A DNA stretch of 61,346 nt, counting the filler, from Stramenopiles sp. TOSAG23-2 (taxonomy: Eukaryota): NCBI GenBank assembly GCA_900128395.1. It is 4 parts of 4 records of this genome, joined end to end, with 100 filler letters (N's around TTAATTAATTAA, not from the genome) between each part and the next. Parts side by side here need not be neighbours in the genome. Positions count along the whole stretch, not along the records: positions 1 to 15,302 come from LT649717.1; positions 15,403 to 30,691 come from LT649718.1; 2 more parts are not named here. One strand, given 5' to 3'. How positions within the stretch are numbered: the stretch's first letter is position 1; each line of letters starts with the position of its first letter. Shown here one piece after another: positions 11,080-21,205 of the stretch. Position numbers and translations under genes: made by a program. Below the pieces are notes generated by a model. The model did not search any database, was not told where the DNA came from, and saw nothing but the letters and a program-made list of their open reading frames with translations.

Positions 11080-11575
11080 AACAACAATGTGGTTGATATG
11101 TGTGTATATTGTACAATGCCAATGATACTTGTTCATATGTAAGGATGATGATGATGATCTCTTCTTTCTTATATTACCTATATTGATTTATATTAATGAT
11201 AGAATATATATGCATAATGGACTTTTGTTGAGTTTTGCTATATATTAAGGTATGTGTCAATTTAAGGATTGTTTAGATAAAAGAATGGATTTTTCTTACT
11301 CTAATTTCCCTTCCACAAGTATAATTTAGATGTATATTGATTCTTCGGATTGCTCCGGGCGAAGAGATAAACAACGGACAACGGTTAATTATCGTAAATA
11401 TATTACATTATTAAAGAGAAAGGTGAGAGAGAGGTAGATCAATATTCTACGTAGATACAGATAATATTCATTGGAAGTATATATATATATATATATATGT
11501 GTGTGTATATATTTTTAATTTGTAATCATTAAATAAGTAACTTTATTGAATAAACAAATCGGACAAACAGTTACG

Positions 11576-12829
11576 ATGTCAAATAAACAAGCTATTTCAC
11601 CGGATGAAGATACAATTGATACACCATTATTAAAATTTGAATCAAATTGGATGGGTGTATTATATGTATGGCCTATAACAACAATACAATTTTATAAAGG
11701 GGACCCAACGGCTGCAATAACCTATCTTAAAAATCGTTTGATCGAAGTTACAAAAGCAAATCCATGGATTGGTAGTAAAATTGTTAAAGACAAAGCGAAA
11801 CATGGGAAATTATTAGCAATGCGATATTCAAAAAGTAGTCCACCAATGGATGATATGTTTGAAGTAAATAATGAACTAGATATTCATGAAAATATGACAT
11901 ACACGGAAATGCAAGAAAAAATAATTGCAGCTCAAACCGTATGTCTTCCAAATGGTGGTGGATTGATCAAGAGTGGAAAGCCTGTTTGTAAACTTACAGT
12001 AGCGCCGAAAAAAGATGGAACTGGCTTTGCCGTTATTTTTTGCATGTCACATACAGTTGGCGATGGCCATACATATTATTCCATTTTAAATATGCTTTCC
12101 AATACAACTGAAATTACGGAAATGGATATTGTAAGAAAAGAAGAATTTAGTATGGAAGGTGTTGGGGCAAAAATGACTGGAGAAAAAGAATTTAAATTCA
12201 TGATGAATCCAGGATTATGCATGATGTGTTATTACATGGGTATAATGATGCGGAAGAAAATCGAGCCACAATGTTATTTGATCGATATGGAGAAATTAAA
12301 TATATTAAAAGAAAATGCTAAAAAAGAAACAGGTGCAGAAGAATATGTAAGCACAAATGATATTATAACAAGTGGTTTTGGAAGAGCAACTAAAGCACAA
12401 ATGTTAACAATGCCAATTAATATTCGAGGTAAAGAGGAAAAATGTAATAAAAATTTAGCTGGTAATTATTGGACTGGATTGATGTTTGGCGCAGATGCAC
12501 TTTCATCGCCAAATGGAATACGAAATAGTTTAAATGGACAGGCACCATATTCACGTTGTGTTTTACCTGGTTGTTGTATTAAAGGTAATTGGTCATCGAT
12601 GATAACCAATTGGTCTTCCATGTCAAATGGAAGTTTGGATATACCAGATTGTACACAAATATTACATGTACCATATTTAAATACGAAAGAAATGTTAGAA
12701 GATAGTTGCGTTATATTTAAAGCCCGTCCAAATGAAATTGCCGTCATGTTATTTTTACATAGTGTTACTTTGGATGAAATTAAACAAGAATTACCATTAG
12801 GGGAAAAAGTGTCAGAAAAAATGTTTTAA
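11576..12829 (+). CDS. CoA-dependent acyltransferase (HxxxD; BAHD/condensation-like)
   Basis: FAVIFCMSHTVGDGHTYY catalytic motif; YVSTNDII; PINIRG; LAGNY. Confidence 0.8.
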   Translation: MSNKQAISPDEDTIDTPLLKFESNWMGVLYVWPITTIQFYKGDPTAAITYLKNRLIEVTKANPWIGSKIVKDKAKHGKLLAMRYSKSSPPMDDMFEVNNELDIHENMTYTEMQEKIIAAQTVCLPNGGGLIKSGKPVCKLTVAPKKDGTGFAVIFCMSHTVGDGHTYYSILNMLSNTTEITEMDIVRKEEFSMEGVGAKMTGEKEFKFMMNPGLCMMCYYMGIMMRKKIEPQCYLIDMEKLNILKENAKKETGAEEYVSTNDIITSGFGRATKAQMLTMPINIRGKEEKCNKNLAGNYWTGLMFGADALSSPNGIRNSLNGQAPYSRCVLPGCCIKGNWSSMITNWSSMSNGSLDIPDCTQILHVPYLNTKEMLEDSCVIFKARPNEIAVMLFLHSVTLDEIKQELPLGEKVSEKMF

Positions 12830-13829
12830 TTATTATTCTCGTCGCGAATTGTGTGTAAGATATAGTGGTAGTTTTCCCCTTGTCAGGGTACTGGCAAGGA
12901 AAATCTCTGGTGTCCAGGGTAGTATACGAGTAGTGGTATATATATTTGAGTTTAGGTATATATAAAAGTATTGGAAATTGTGAAAAAAGGAAAAAAGGTG
13001 TGAGGTTGGTAAGATATGAGTATGATAGGTAATTGTTACCATAATTTAAGTATAATTTTGATGTATTATAATTAATATTCTGTTTTAGTTTTTGCAACGT
13101 GACATTTCATAAATTAGATATTTTCAGCGTGTCATATCTGGCGTAATAAATTATGGTTGCCAACTATAATAGATAGGAGTACAACTTTAGTATAGTATAC
13201 ATCTATTAATAGTATTCTCGTACGAGGTAGCTATTTTATGCTGTTCGCACGTTCGATTTTAACATGACATCATCAATAAATATTGGAGTGACATCAACTA
13301 CTATTTTTGTATTTTTCGGGAACTCCTGGAACTCCATAATTAATTGTAGTCTAGCTACTACAACATACACATTATTTCAATTATTAACCAGAGAGGATCT
13401 GATTTTCCTCCTCGTTTTTTTTATTTTTTTCTGATTTTGGTAGGAATGATATTGATACGGTGCCTCCATTCATTGAGTTATGTGCTTAGTTGCCTTAGTA
13501 CTATATCAGTGCTATATATTTTTACATCCACTTCTTTCTCACTCCATACATATATATATCATAATATATTACATAAAATCAGATATATATATCTACATTC
13601 ACGATATACATTCTGTACAACAACATCTTTAGACAATCAAGAGATCACGTGTATATAAAGTTTTGTTAAGAAGCAGTTATTGTTTGATATCATAGAACAG
13701 AATAAAGTTAGTCGTGGTTATATTTTTTTGTTTTTTTTTAGTAATATACATTATATTTATAAATTTTTTTTTTAGTAAAATTCGTCTTTTGTTACAAACA
13801 ATATATATTATTATTAGTGATATAAAAAG

Positions 13830-14714
13830 ATGAGTATTTCAGCCGATATTAAAGTGTTAACCAAAGTGCAAAATCATTACATTCGTAATAACAAAAGCAA
13901 TGGCCAGAAAAATATTCGTTGCTTTCCACGGTGTACACAATTTGGACATCGTACCGCTGGTTTTTGTGGTTCCGGTGTAATTTTGTCTTGTGACGTCACG
14001 ATGAACGAACCACAACTGGATAGCAACGTCGGTGATGAAACAATTAAAGCACTGAACCAAGCTACCTTTGATTATGTATTTGATTTTAATGATATTATCG
14101 TCGTAGGAGAGTTTTTAAGAGCAGGCCCAGATTCTCACAAGTCGCATGTAACAAGAGGTAGCTTCTATGAAGCTGCTCCAATTATGAACCGTGTTAAAAG
14201 GCGTGGGAACAACCTCGCCCCTTTGTTTTTAGCACGATTTATGGACCAAACACCAGAAGAAAATGCGAAGAATAAACTTCAACGGTGCTTTACGATAGAG
14301 CCATCTTGTTGGCATTATGGCTGGAAATCGCACAAACATTCAAATACTACGAAACATTTCTTGCGCATATATGCATTTCATCGTATTGGCGGGTATTTAA
14401 AATGTCTTTCCCATGACGATACGACAACATTTACCATATCAAGTAGTAAACGTTATCAACGTAGAAATGTAGAAGGTATAACAGGAGATATATCAGGTGC
14501 ACCTATAGCAAAACGTGCAAAAAAAAATCCAAAAACTCCTAGCAAAAAGAAAAAAGCGATGGAGGGAAAAGGGACGAAAAATGTAACAAATAGTAGTAGC
14601 AGTAGTAAAGTCGTAAAAGCAAAACAAAATGCAACAGAAGCTGATCTTCTTTTGCAAGCTGTTAAATTAGCGCAGCTTAGAGCACAAAGAGAAAGCGAGG
14701 CTAAGGCGCTATAA
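13830..14714 (+). CDS. Uncharacterised basic, probably nuclear protein (putative beta-sandwich DNA-binding domain)
   Basis: Clean 294-aa ORF; NHYIRNNK..GQKNIRCFPRC...H...GFCG and WHYGWKSHKH motifs; Lys/Arg-rich NLS-like tail. Confidence 0.6.
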   Translation: MSISADIKVLTKVQNHYIRNNKSNGQKNIRCFPRCTQFGHRTAGFCGSGVILSCDVTMNEPQLDSNVGDETIKALNQATFDYVFDFNDIIVVGEFLRAGPDSHKSHVTRGSFYEAAPIMNRVKRRGNNLAPLFLARFMDQTPEENAKNKLQRCFTIEPSCWHYGWKSHKHSNTTKHFLRIYAFHRIGGYLKCLSHDDTTTFTISSSKRYQRRNVEGITGDISGAPIAKRAKKNPKTPSKKKKAMEGKGTKNVTNSSSSSKVVKAKQNATEADLLLQAVKLAQLRAQRESEAKAL

Positions 14715-14860
14715 CCCTCAAATAATGGAGGTAAATAAAGTCGAAAATATTGTTATTGTATAAAAATACTATATCTCATAGTGGGGATATTATTTTTAGC
14801 AGGTAAATATGCCCTAGTAGTGTCGAGTATAAAGCAATGTATAACATATAGGACAATCTG

Positions 14861-15159
14861 CATGGCACACGAAAAAAATCGTGTGCCACAAAATTTTAAT
14901 TATAATTAGTTTTATTTTTTATCAATTTTTGCCGAAATGAATTTCGGCACAAAAAATAATTTTGTGTGCCATGACTTTACTCGTTCGTAAAACATTTTGT
15001 ATTTATTTTTTTTCCTCTGGGATTTTCTGTAGAATTTGCTCTATTCGATTCCATTAACAAAGTGGACTTTGTTAATATCATTTTGTATGTCAAATGTCCG
15101 CTTTGAACGGAGTGTATGAGTGTATTTTTTTCGGACGTGCCGAAATCAATTTCGGCACG
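14861..15159. repeat. Cluster of GGCAC/GTGCC-core palindromes (MITE- or transposon-end-like)
   Basis: Stems at 14863-14888 (10 bp), 14930-14949 (9 bp) and 15136-15159 (11 bp); outer inverted pair catggcacac (14861) / gtgtgccatg (ends 14973). Confidence 0.6.
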
Positions 15160-15302
15160 AACAAAATTCGACAATTATTAAAAATACAAGGGGATTATTA
15201 TAGGAAATTCTGTAGTAATATTGACGAAAACAATCGTTAGAAAAAAAAAATAAAAATTTAACGATATTTGGATAAATAGGGTTAATTTATACTAAAAGAA
15301 TA

Positions 15303-15402
15303 NNNNNNNNNNNNNNNNNNNNNNNNNNNNNNNNNNNNNNNNNNNNTTAATTAATTAANNNNNNNNNNNNNNNNNNNNNNNNNNNNNNNNNNNNNNNNNN
15401 NN
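15303..15402. other. Artificial contig linker
   Basis: N44-TTAATTAATTAA-N44 (stops in all six frames). Confidence 0.97.
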
Positions 15403-15576
15403 TTATTTTCGTTATTTCTGTAAATTAATAATTTTTTTAAGTACAAATTTTAATGTAAAAATTCGATGCTTAAAATTCTGCTATCCCTAATTTCTGAAAA
15501 CGTGAAATGTCAAAATTATTTTGCCAATTGATAGGAAAAATGGTATACTAGTGGAGCCTAAGTTTAAAAAGGTATT

Positions 15577-15726
15577 TTCAATGTTTTTCCTTTGTTTTCT
15601 TGTAATGAAATGAAAAATCCATCATCACAACGATGAAATAGAAGAATTTAGGTTGAAAATGATGATTTTAGTGAAATTTGATGAAAAATATGCGCATTTC
15701 ATTCTTCAACAATAATTGTTCACTAT
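15577..15726 (+). repeat. Dispersed repeat, copy 1
   Basis: ttcaatgtttttcctttgttttc.tgtaatgaaatgaaaaatccatcatc...aatttaggttgaaaatg...gaaatttgatgaaaaat, shared with 30792-30938. Confidence 0.8.
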
Positions 15727-15849
15727 TATTATTATTAGTTACAACTGTAATTTATAAACTAATAAATATATAAAAAAAATGTACAAATGAAGAAGGAAAA
15801 GTCGTATGAAAAAATATCATTGTTATTTTAACCATGGTCAATATTTTCG

Positions 15850-17463
15850 GTGGCAATAATGATGTACCTAAATAATAGAATAACAAACATTATTTTTTTA
15901 ATAATAGTATTATTGATTTTATCAATATCAATGACAATTACATCTACTCCTTCTTCATCATCATCGTCAACATTTGAATTTAACTATAAATTTTTGAAAA
16001 AAAAAGTAAGAAAACAAATTGTCATCTTAGAGTCGTGGGTATCTAGTTTTATTAAGAATGGGAATATAAAAGAACATGAGGAGCCACATATTGCTCGTAG
16101 TAAAAAAATCAGAGTTTTTGAATCGGAAAAATATGGCTTAGGATATTGGGCTAGATTGCCAATTGCAGCAGGGGAAAAATTATTTTCAATACCATATGAT
16201 GCTTGCATTAATTATAATATTACTTTGGAAAATAATCATATGGAGAAAGATGATGAAATACGAACTCGTGTATACAATAAAATTATAGAAAATAGTGATA
16301 TTGGCTACGATGCTGCACTTGCACTTTACTTAGTTATAGAATCACGCCAAGCTACAGACGAATCAAAGTATTTTCCTTACCTGCATTTTTTACCGCATAA
16401 AATTAGCTCACCTTTATTATGGCGAATAGACCAATTAGAAGTATTGCAAGCTTCACCAACTAGATTACGTATTGAAAATTTCCAAAAATCATTGATTGAA
16501 ATATACAAATTTATCATTACCAATCCAACTATACAAACAAAAGTACCATCTATTATACATGGAAAACAGAGATTAACCTTGAAAGAATTTAAATGGGCAG
16601 TAGCAACTATATGGACAAGGTCTTTCTTTCTGGATATGAATGGATATTTACGTATACGAGATCAAAACAATATGATAAAAATTTATGATATTGAAGATCA
16701 TTATTATCCAGATGGAAGGAAGAAGCCAAATGTAAAAAATACAAAACCTAAATTAGTTGGAATTGAAAATGTAGATAAACAAACAACAACTAAAAGAGAT
16801 GAAAGGATATCAACGCAAATTTCTCAAACTGCGCGTATTATCATACCAATGCTAGATTTATTGAACCACAATAGGTCAGTATCACATACGTATAGATTTA
16901 ACCCAAAAAATAGAATGGTAGAATTTGTTGCTGCTAATGATATTCAGGAAGGGGATGAAATTACATTAAATTATGGATTATTTAGTAATCATGATTTGTT
17001 TTTGAATTATGGATTTATCGATCCAGAAAATAAATTTAATCATTTTCGAATACCAATAAAAGTACGTTTAATGTCATCATTAAATGTATTTCAACAACGA
17101 CTGTTAAATTGGCGTGTTCCAAATCCTAAGATTATTTTATCACATGATGGTAAGCCGATCGATAATACATTAATTGTTCTAAGGATTTTAACATTTGATG
17201 ATTTAGGTGGTAGTGCATATGAATTAAATCAATTATTGGACAATGTACCAACTACATCACAATTATTAAAAGTGAAAATGTATAAAGTTTTACATGATTT
17301 ATGCAATACAACTTTATCAACATATGGAACAGTGGTTGAATTAGATGAGATAGAACTTACGAGAAATCATCCAACATGGTATAAACTTGCATTGAAAATC
17401 AGAATAGAAGAGAAATTAATTTTAGAAAAATGTATGAATTATACAAAAAGTCAAGTGTTTTGA
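15850..17463 (+). CDS. SET-domain protein methyltransferase (Rubisco LSMT/SETD3/SETD6-like) with N-terminal hydrophobic segment
   Basis: YGLGYWA, SKYFPYLHFLP, FKWAVATIWTRSF, IIPMLDLLNH, GDEITLNYG, NHDLFLNYGF, C-terminal LALKIRIEEKLIL. First ATG about 15859. Confidence 0.9.
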   Translation: MAIMMYLNNRITNIIFLIIVLLILSISMTITSTPSSSSSSTFEFNYKFLKKKVRKQIVILESWVSSFIKNGNIKEHEEPHIARSKKIRVFESEKYGLGYWARLPIAAGEKLFSIPYDACINYNITLENNHMEKDDEIRTRVYNKIIENSDIGYDAALALYLVIESRQATDESKYFPYLHFLPHKISSPLLWRIDQLEVLQASPTRLRIENFQKSLIEIYKFIITNPTIQTKVPSIIHGKQRLTLKEFKWAVATIWTRSFFLDMNGYLRIRDQNNMIKIYDIEDHYYPDGRKKPNVKNTKPKLVGIENVDKQTTTKRDERISTQISQTARIIIPMLDLLNHNRSVSHTYRFNPKNRMVEFVAANDIQEGDEITLNYGLFSNHDLFLNYGFIDPENKFNHFRIPIKVRLMSSLNVFQQRLLNWRVPNPKIILSHDGKPIDNTLIVLRILTFDDLGGSAYELNQLLDNVPTTSQLLKVKMYKVLHDLCNTTLSTYGTVVELDEIELTRNHPTWYKLALKIRIEEKLILEKCMNYTKSQVF

Positions 17464-17812
17464 GATTTTTATAATAATCTCTTTTATATTATATTTATTG
17501 ATGGTTAAAAATCTAAGTGTTATATACTTCGTAATAAAATTTTAGTTCCCATGTTAAATACTACCGCTCAATACTCAATCTCAGGAATAATATTGTTAAT
17601 CCTCGCAATCTAAGAAGGATTTACTCCTACTAATAATAAAGCTCTCATGCGCCGCCGCAAGCTAATACTCTATATAAAGCACAAGTAGGTCTGAATCCAA
17701 TATATAATATATATATATATATATACTCCGGGAGTGCCAAATAATAATAAGAGATACAAAATATTTGATGTTTTTAAAAAAAACTCTCTCTCTCTCTCTC
17801 TCTCTCTCATCT

Positions 17813-20800
17813 CTAAAAAAACTTTGTTGTAACTTGTTTTATCATCTCACAATTGATGGCGTCCCATGCTGTTAAATTAACACTATTTTGTCTCTTAATA
17901 TTTAATGCTATAGATTTTAAACCACTATCTATTTCTACTGCTTTCTTTTGCTTGTCCTTCTTCTTCTTATCATTTTTATTTGTAATTTTCATTTCATTTT
18001 TCAATGTTGATAATGATTCAATAATAAAATCATCAAATATTTGTATCTTATTATTATTTGGCACGGACAATTTATATCTCTCACTCAACGCTAACATGTC
18101 AATTAATTTTGATCTAATTTTAATAGGTAATATTTCGACCATGTCCTCTTTAATTATATCTAATTGCATGTTAATCGAATATGGTAGTGGCCAAATCATA
18201 TGTGCTTCTTCACCAAGGTTGTTATTATTATTATTATTATTATTATTGAAATGGAGAATATATTTTGCCATCAATATTCGTCGAATAATATGTAGATATT
18301 TTTTAGGCAATATCTCATCTTTTCGGCGAATATATTGCTCATAGTTACTTTTTGCATGGTTTATGCAAGACCAGACCAATGATTGTTTATCATAACGTGT
18401 TTCCATTTCATTTTTAACTGCACGAATCCAATCAAATTCTTCAAATTTTATTGATATATAATTAATTTTTGAGTAAAATAATTCAAACATGGTTAAATTA
18501 TTACTCGACATCATTAAAAAGGCATGGCTGCATTCAATACCGACAATATCAATTTCTGGTATCTCTCCATCTCTTTCAAAAGTCATTCGAAAATTTTTAC
18601 TGATACTAGACTTCATTGAATAATATCTCTCTGTTTTGTGTACAAATATGCAATATACATCATGATCAGAATTTTTATGCGATGTGCCAAGACTACGACT
18701 AGATAATTCAGATGCAATTATGATTTTTATTTCCAATTCTTTTTCTATTTGACGCAATTTGTCCATTACAATATTTCCATGATTTTCAGTTATCTCTGTG
18801 CTCCCACCGAAATAGTTTTCTGTCGTTGGTGCGTCTTCTTGATTTCTTTCTTTTGTTTCTGTTATGTTAAGAATACGTATTGATTTTATCAAATTCATCA
18901 GTTTATTAATATCCACTTCATCTTTTCGTATGCTTAGCCCTTTCTGTTTTCTAGAAGTGTTAATAGTTTCAATACTTGAAATGATATAATCAGTCATTTC
19001 ATTTGCAGTCTTTAATAATTTTTCTGGATTAAATTCACCAACTAATGGCCTTGTTCTTCGTATATCCATAATGGACTTATGTTGTGAGGAATCGGTTACA
19101 TAAGTAACGATAGGATCCTCATAATTAACTATGCGTTGTAACTCAAAGATTTTGTGATATGCATGATAGAAATACTTTGCTATACCATCTTCAATATTCG
19201 GAGGAATTCTACAATTTTTTAAAGAACCACCTTCCTTCTCATTCTCAGAAGATTCTCGGTATGGCTTTAATAATTTTCTTACTTGATACAACCTTTCATG
19301 TATAAATCCAACATATTGGTTAATACATCTCGTGGTTAAAAATTCTTGTCGAATAGCACGTAATTTTGACCACATTTTTGTAACATGAATAACTTTGTTT
19401 GGATTTACAAATAAAAATTCAATATTTCTAGGATTTCCCTTAGCCAGTTCTAATACAAATGTGCAAATTTCTTTACCACCATATTCAATTTCACCAGCTT
19501 TATCAGCACCCATAGGCTTATGCACATGTCGTTCGAATGTAGTGGAACATTTTTTCGACCCCAATATTGAACGTGTTGAATTTGTAAAACATATGAAATA
19601 ATCTTCATCACTAGATTTTGTATGTAAATTGTACATGAAACTGCCACATCGTATCATAAACGATACTTCAACTTTACCCAATTGATTTTGTAAATCCAAA
19701 TGCTCAAGCATAACATTTAATTCAGTAGCCGTTCCATTATTGTTATCACTGATATTTGTTGAATCATCATCATCATTCTTATAATCAAGATTTTCCTCCA
19801 ACCATTTTGTACATAGTAAATCTCGAATTTGATCTTTCCATACATTGCAGTTATTTATGGTCTTTTTTATAACTATTTGCTTGGTAGCAAATGCATCCAT
19901 TTCATCCTTTGTTTTCTTGTTGTTATTTTTTTTATTTTTTGAAATTTCTTTTACTTGCAAATTAATATTTTCAATAACTGTCAATAAAGCTGATATTTGT
20001 TCTTCCTTCTTTTCAAACGACATGGATAATGCAATTGAATCCATAACACTATCTGTATTATGTACCGTTTTCATTGCGATTTTCAATTGTTCTATTAAAT
20101 TTAAAGCAAATTGTATAGCAGGTTGATATATTTTATCAGGGATTTTTGATAAATCACAACTATTTATATTTCTTAACAGTCCATACGCTTGACCCACACA
20201 GCTTTTAATAAAAATATTACTTTGACGAAGTACTGTTTGATCTATAATTTCTTTCAATTTCCTCCATTCATTAGAATTGAATAGAATATTATAAGATTTA
20301 CCATCAAACCGAGTTTCATTTAGTAAGTTGAACATACGACAGTCTCCTCGTTCAATTTTGCGTATAGCCTCTCCAATTTCCAAGAGTTGTATGGAACGGA
20401 TATTCAATTTTTGAACACTGATTACTTCTTTCTTTTCAATTTCGTTTCCACGTTTCTCACCTGTTTTTGCAGCAAGATATTGCGTTAACGTCTTCTTCAT
20501 TGGCTTAATTAAAAGTTCATCACAACTTCCACAATATAATGCATACAAATCATAATTAGCAGTATTATTATCATTTGTAATTGTTGTTTCGTCTACAACC
20601 CCAACCCCTTTCTTTTTACGATAATTAGAGAGCAATTTCATAAAAGATAGTGTATCTTCACATAATAAAATTAATCTTATGCCAGGTAATTGGTTTTCAA
20701 TGATAGTAACAATTTCGTGTATATGTGGTTTCAATATTGTCTTTAAATCCATGTTGTTAGTAATATTGTCTGATGTATTTCTTGTCAATGTGATGTATGA

Positions 20801-20836
20801 GAAGGGTCTGCATATAAAATTCATATACATGTCCAT
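17813..20836 (-). CDS. Multi-domain RlaP/YcgL-like (PF10127-type) Pol-beta nucleotidyltransferase
   Basis: GSFMYNLHTKSSDEDY...ELAKGNPRNIEFLF (~aa 398) and ELSSRSLGTSHKNSDHDVYCIFVH...NNLTMFELFYS...KKYLHIIRRIL (~aa 710), plus a degenerate N-terminal copy. Alternative start at 20752. Confidence 0.8.
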   Translation of the reverse strand: MDMYMNFICRPFSYITLTRNTSDNITNNMDLKTILKPHIHEIVTIIENQLPGIRLILLCEDTLSFMKLLSNYRKKKGVGVVDETTITNDNNTANYDLYALYCGSCDELLIKPMKKTLTQYLAAKTGEKRGNEIEKKEVISVQKLNIRSIQLLEIGEAIRKIERGDCRMFNLLNETRFDGKSYNILFNSNEWRKLKEIIDQTVLRQSNIFIKSCVGQAYGLLRNINSCDLSKIPDKIYQPAIQFALNLIEQLKIAMKTVHNTDSVMDSIALSMSFEKKEEQISALLTVIENINLQVKEISKNKKNNNKKTKDEMDAFATKQIVIKKTINNCNVWKDQIRDLLCTKWLEENLDYKNDDDDSTNISDNNNGTATELNVMLEHLDLQNQLGKVEVSFMIRCGSFMYNLHTKSSDEDYFICFTNSTRSILGSKKCSTTFERHVHKPMGADKAGEIEYGGKEICTFVLELAKGNPRNIEFLFVNPNKVIHVTKMWSKLRAIRQEFLTTRCINQYVGFIHERLYQVRKLLKPYRESSENEKEGGSLKNCRIPPNIEDGIAKYFYHAYHKIFELQRIVNYEDPIVTYVTDSSQHKSIMDIRRTRPLVGEFNPEKLLKTANEMTDYIISSIETINTSRKQKGLSIRKDEVDINKLMNLIKSIRILNITETKERNQEDAPTTENYFGGSTEITENHGNIVMDKLRQIEKELEIKIIIASELSSRSLGTSHKNSDHDVYCIFVHKTERYYSMKSSISKNFRMTFERDGEIPEIDIVGIECSHAFLMMSSNNLTMFELFYSKINYISIKFEEFDWIRAVKNEMETRYDKQSLVWSCINHAKSNYEQYIRRKDEILPKKYLHIIRRILMAKYILHFNNNNNNNNNNLGEEAHMIWPLPYSINMQLDIIKEDMVEILPIKIRSKLIDMLALSERYKLSVPNNNKIQIFDDFIIESLSTLKNEMKITNKNDKKKKDKQKKAVEIDSGLKSIALNIKRQNSVNLTAWDAINCEMIKQVTTKFF

Positions 20837-21205
20837 TTTGAAAATATACTATTAGTACATGTATGTACTATATATAATATCTTTAAGATGTATAATAATA
20901 TATCGATAGTGCTATGTGCCTATAATAATAATAATAATATGTGCCTCTGGTGATGTGCTGGTGGCACACTGGCACACCACCACAAGAAAAAAAAAAAAAG
21001 AAGAAGAAGAAAGAGAAGAAGAAGAGAAGCGGAAAGCTGGAAGAAAGCCTCTGGACGGAAAGCCAGAGAAAGCAGAAGCAGAAGTAGCTAGTGCCTGAGT
21101 GCAGGAATGCCAGACTAGCAGAAGAAGAAGAAGAAAAAAAGAAAAGCTACAGCCGGAGACAAAATACTATATTGTTATTGAATTTTACCCAAACAGAATA
21201 AAACA

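Noticed and set aside
12905-12917. 13-bp match (ctctggtgtccag) to the reverse complement near 34191-34204
   Set aside because: Too short, and the flanks do not align convincingly.
15347-15358. TTAATTAATTAA palindrome as a biological motif (also at 30736 and 46067)
   Set aside because: Synthetic six-frame stop linker flanked by exactly 44 N on each side.
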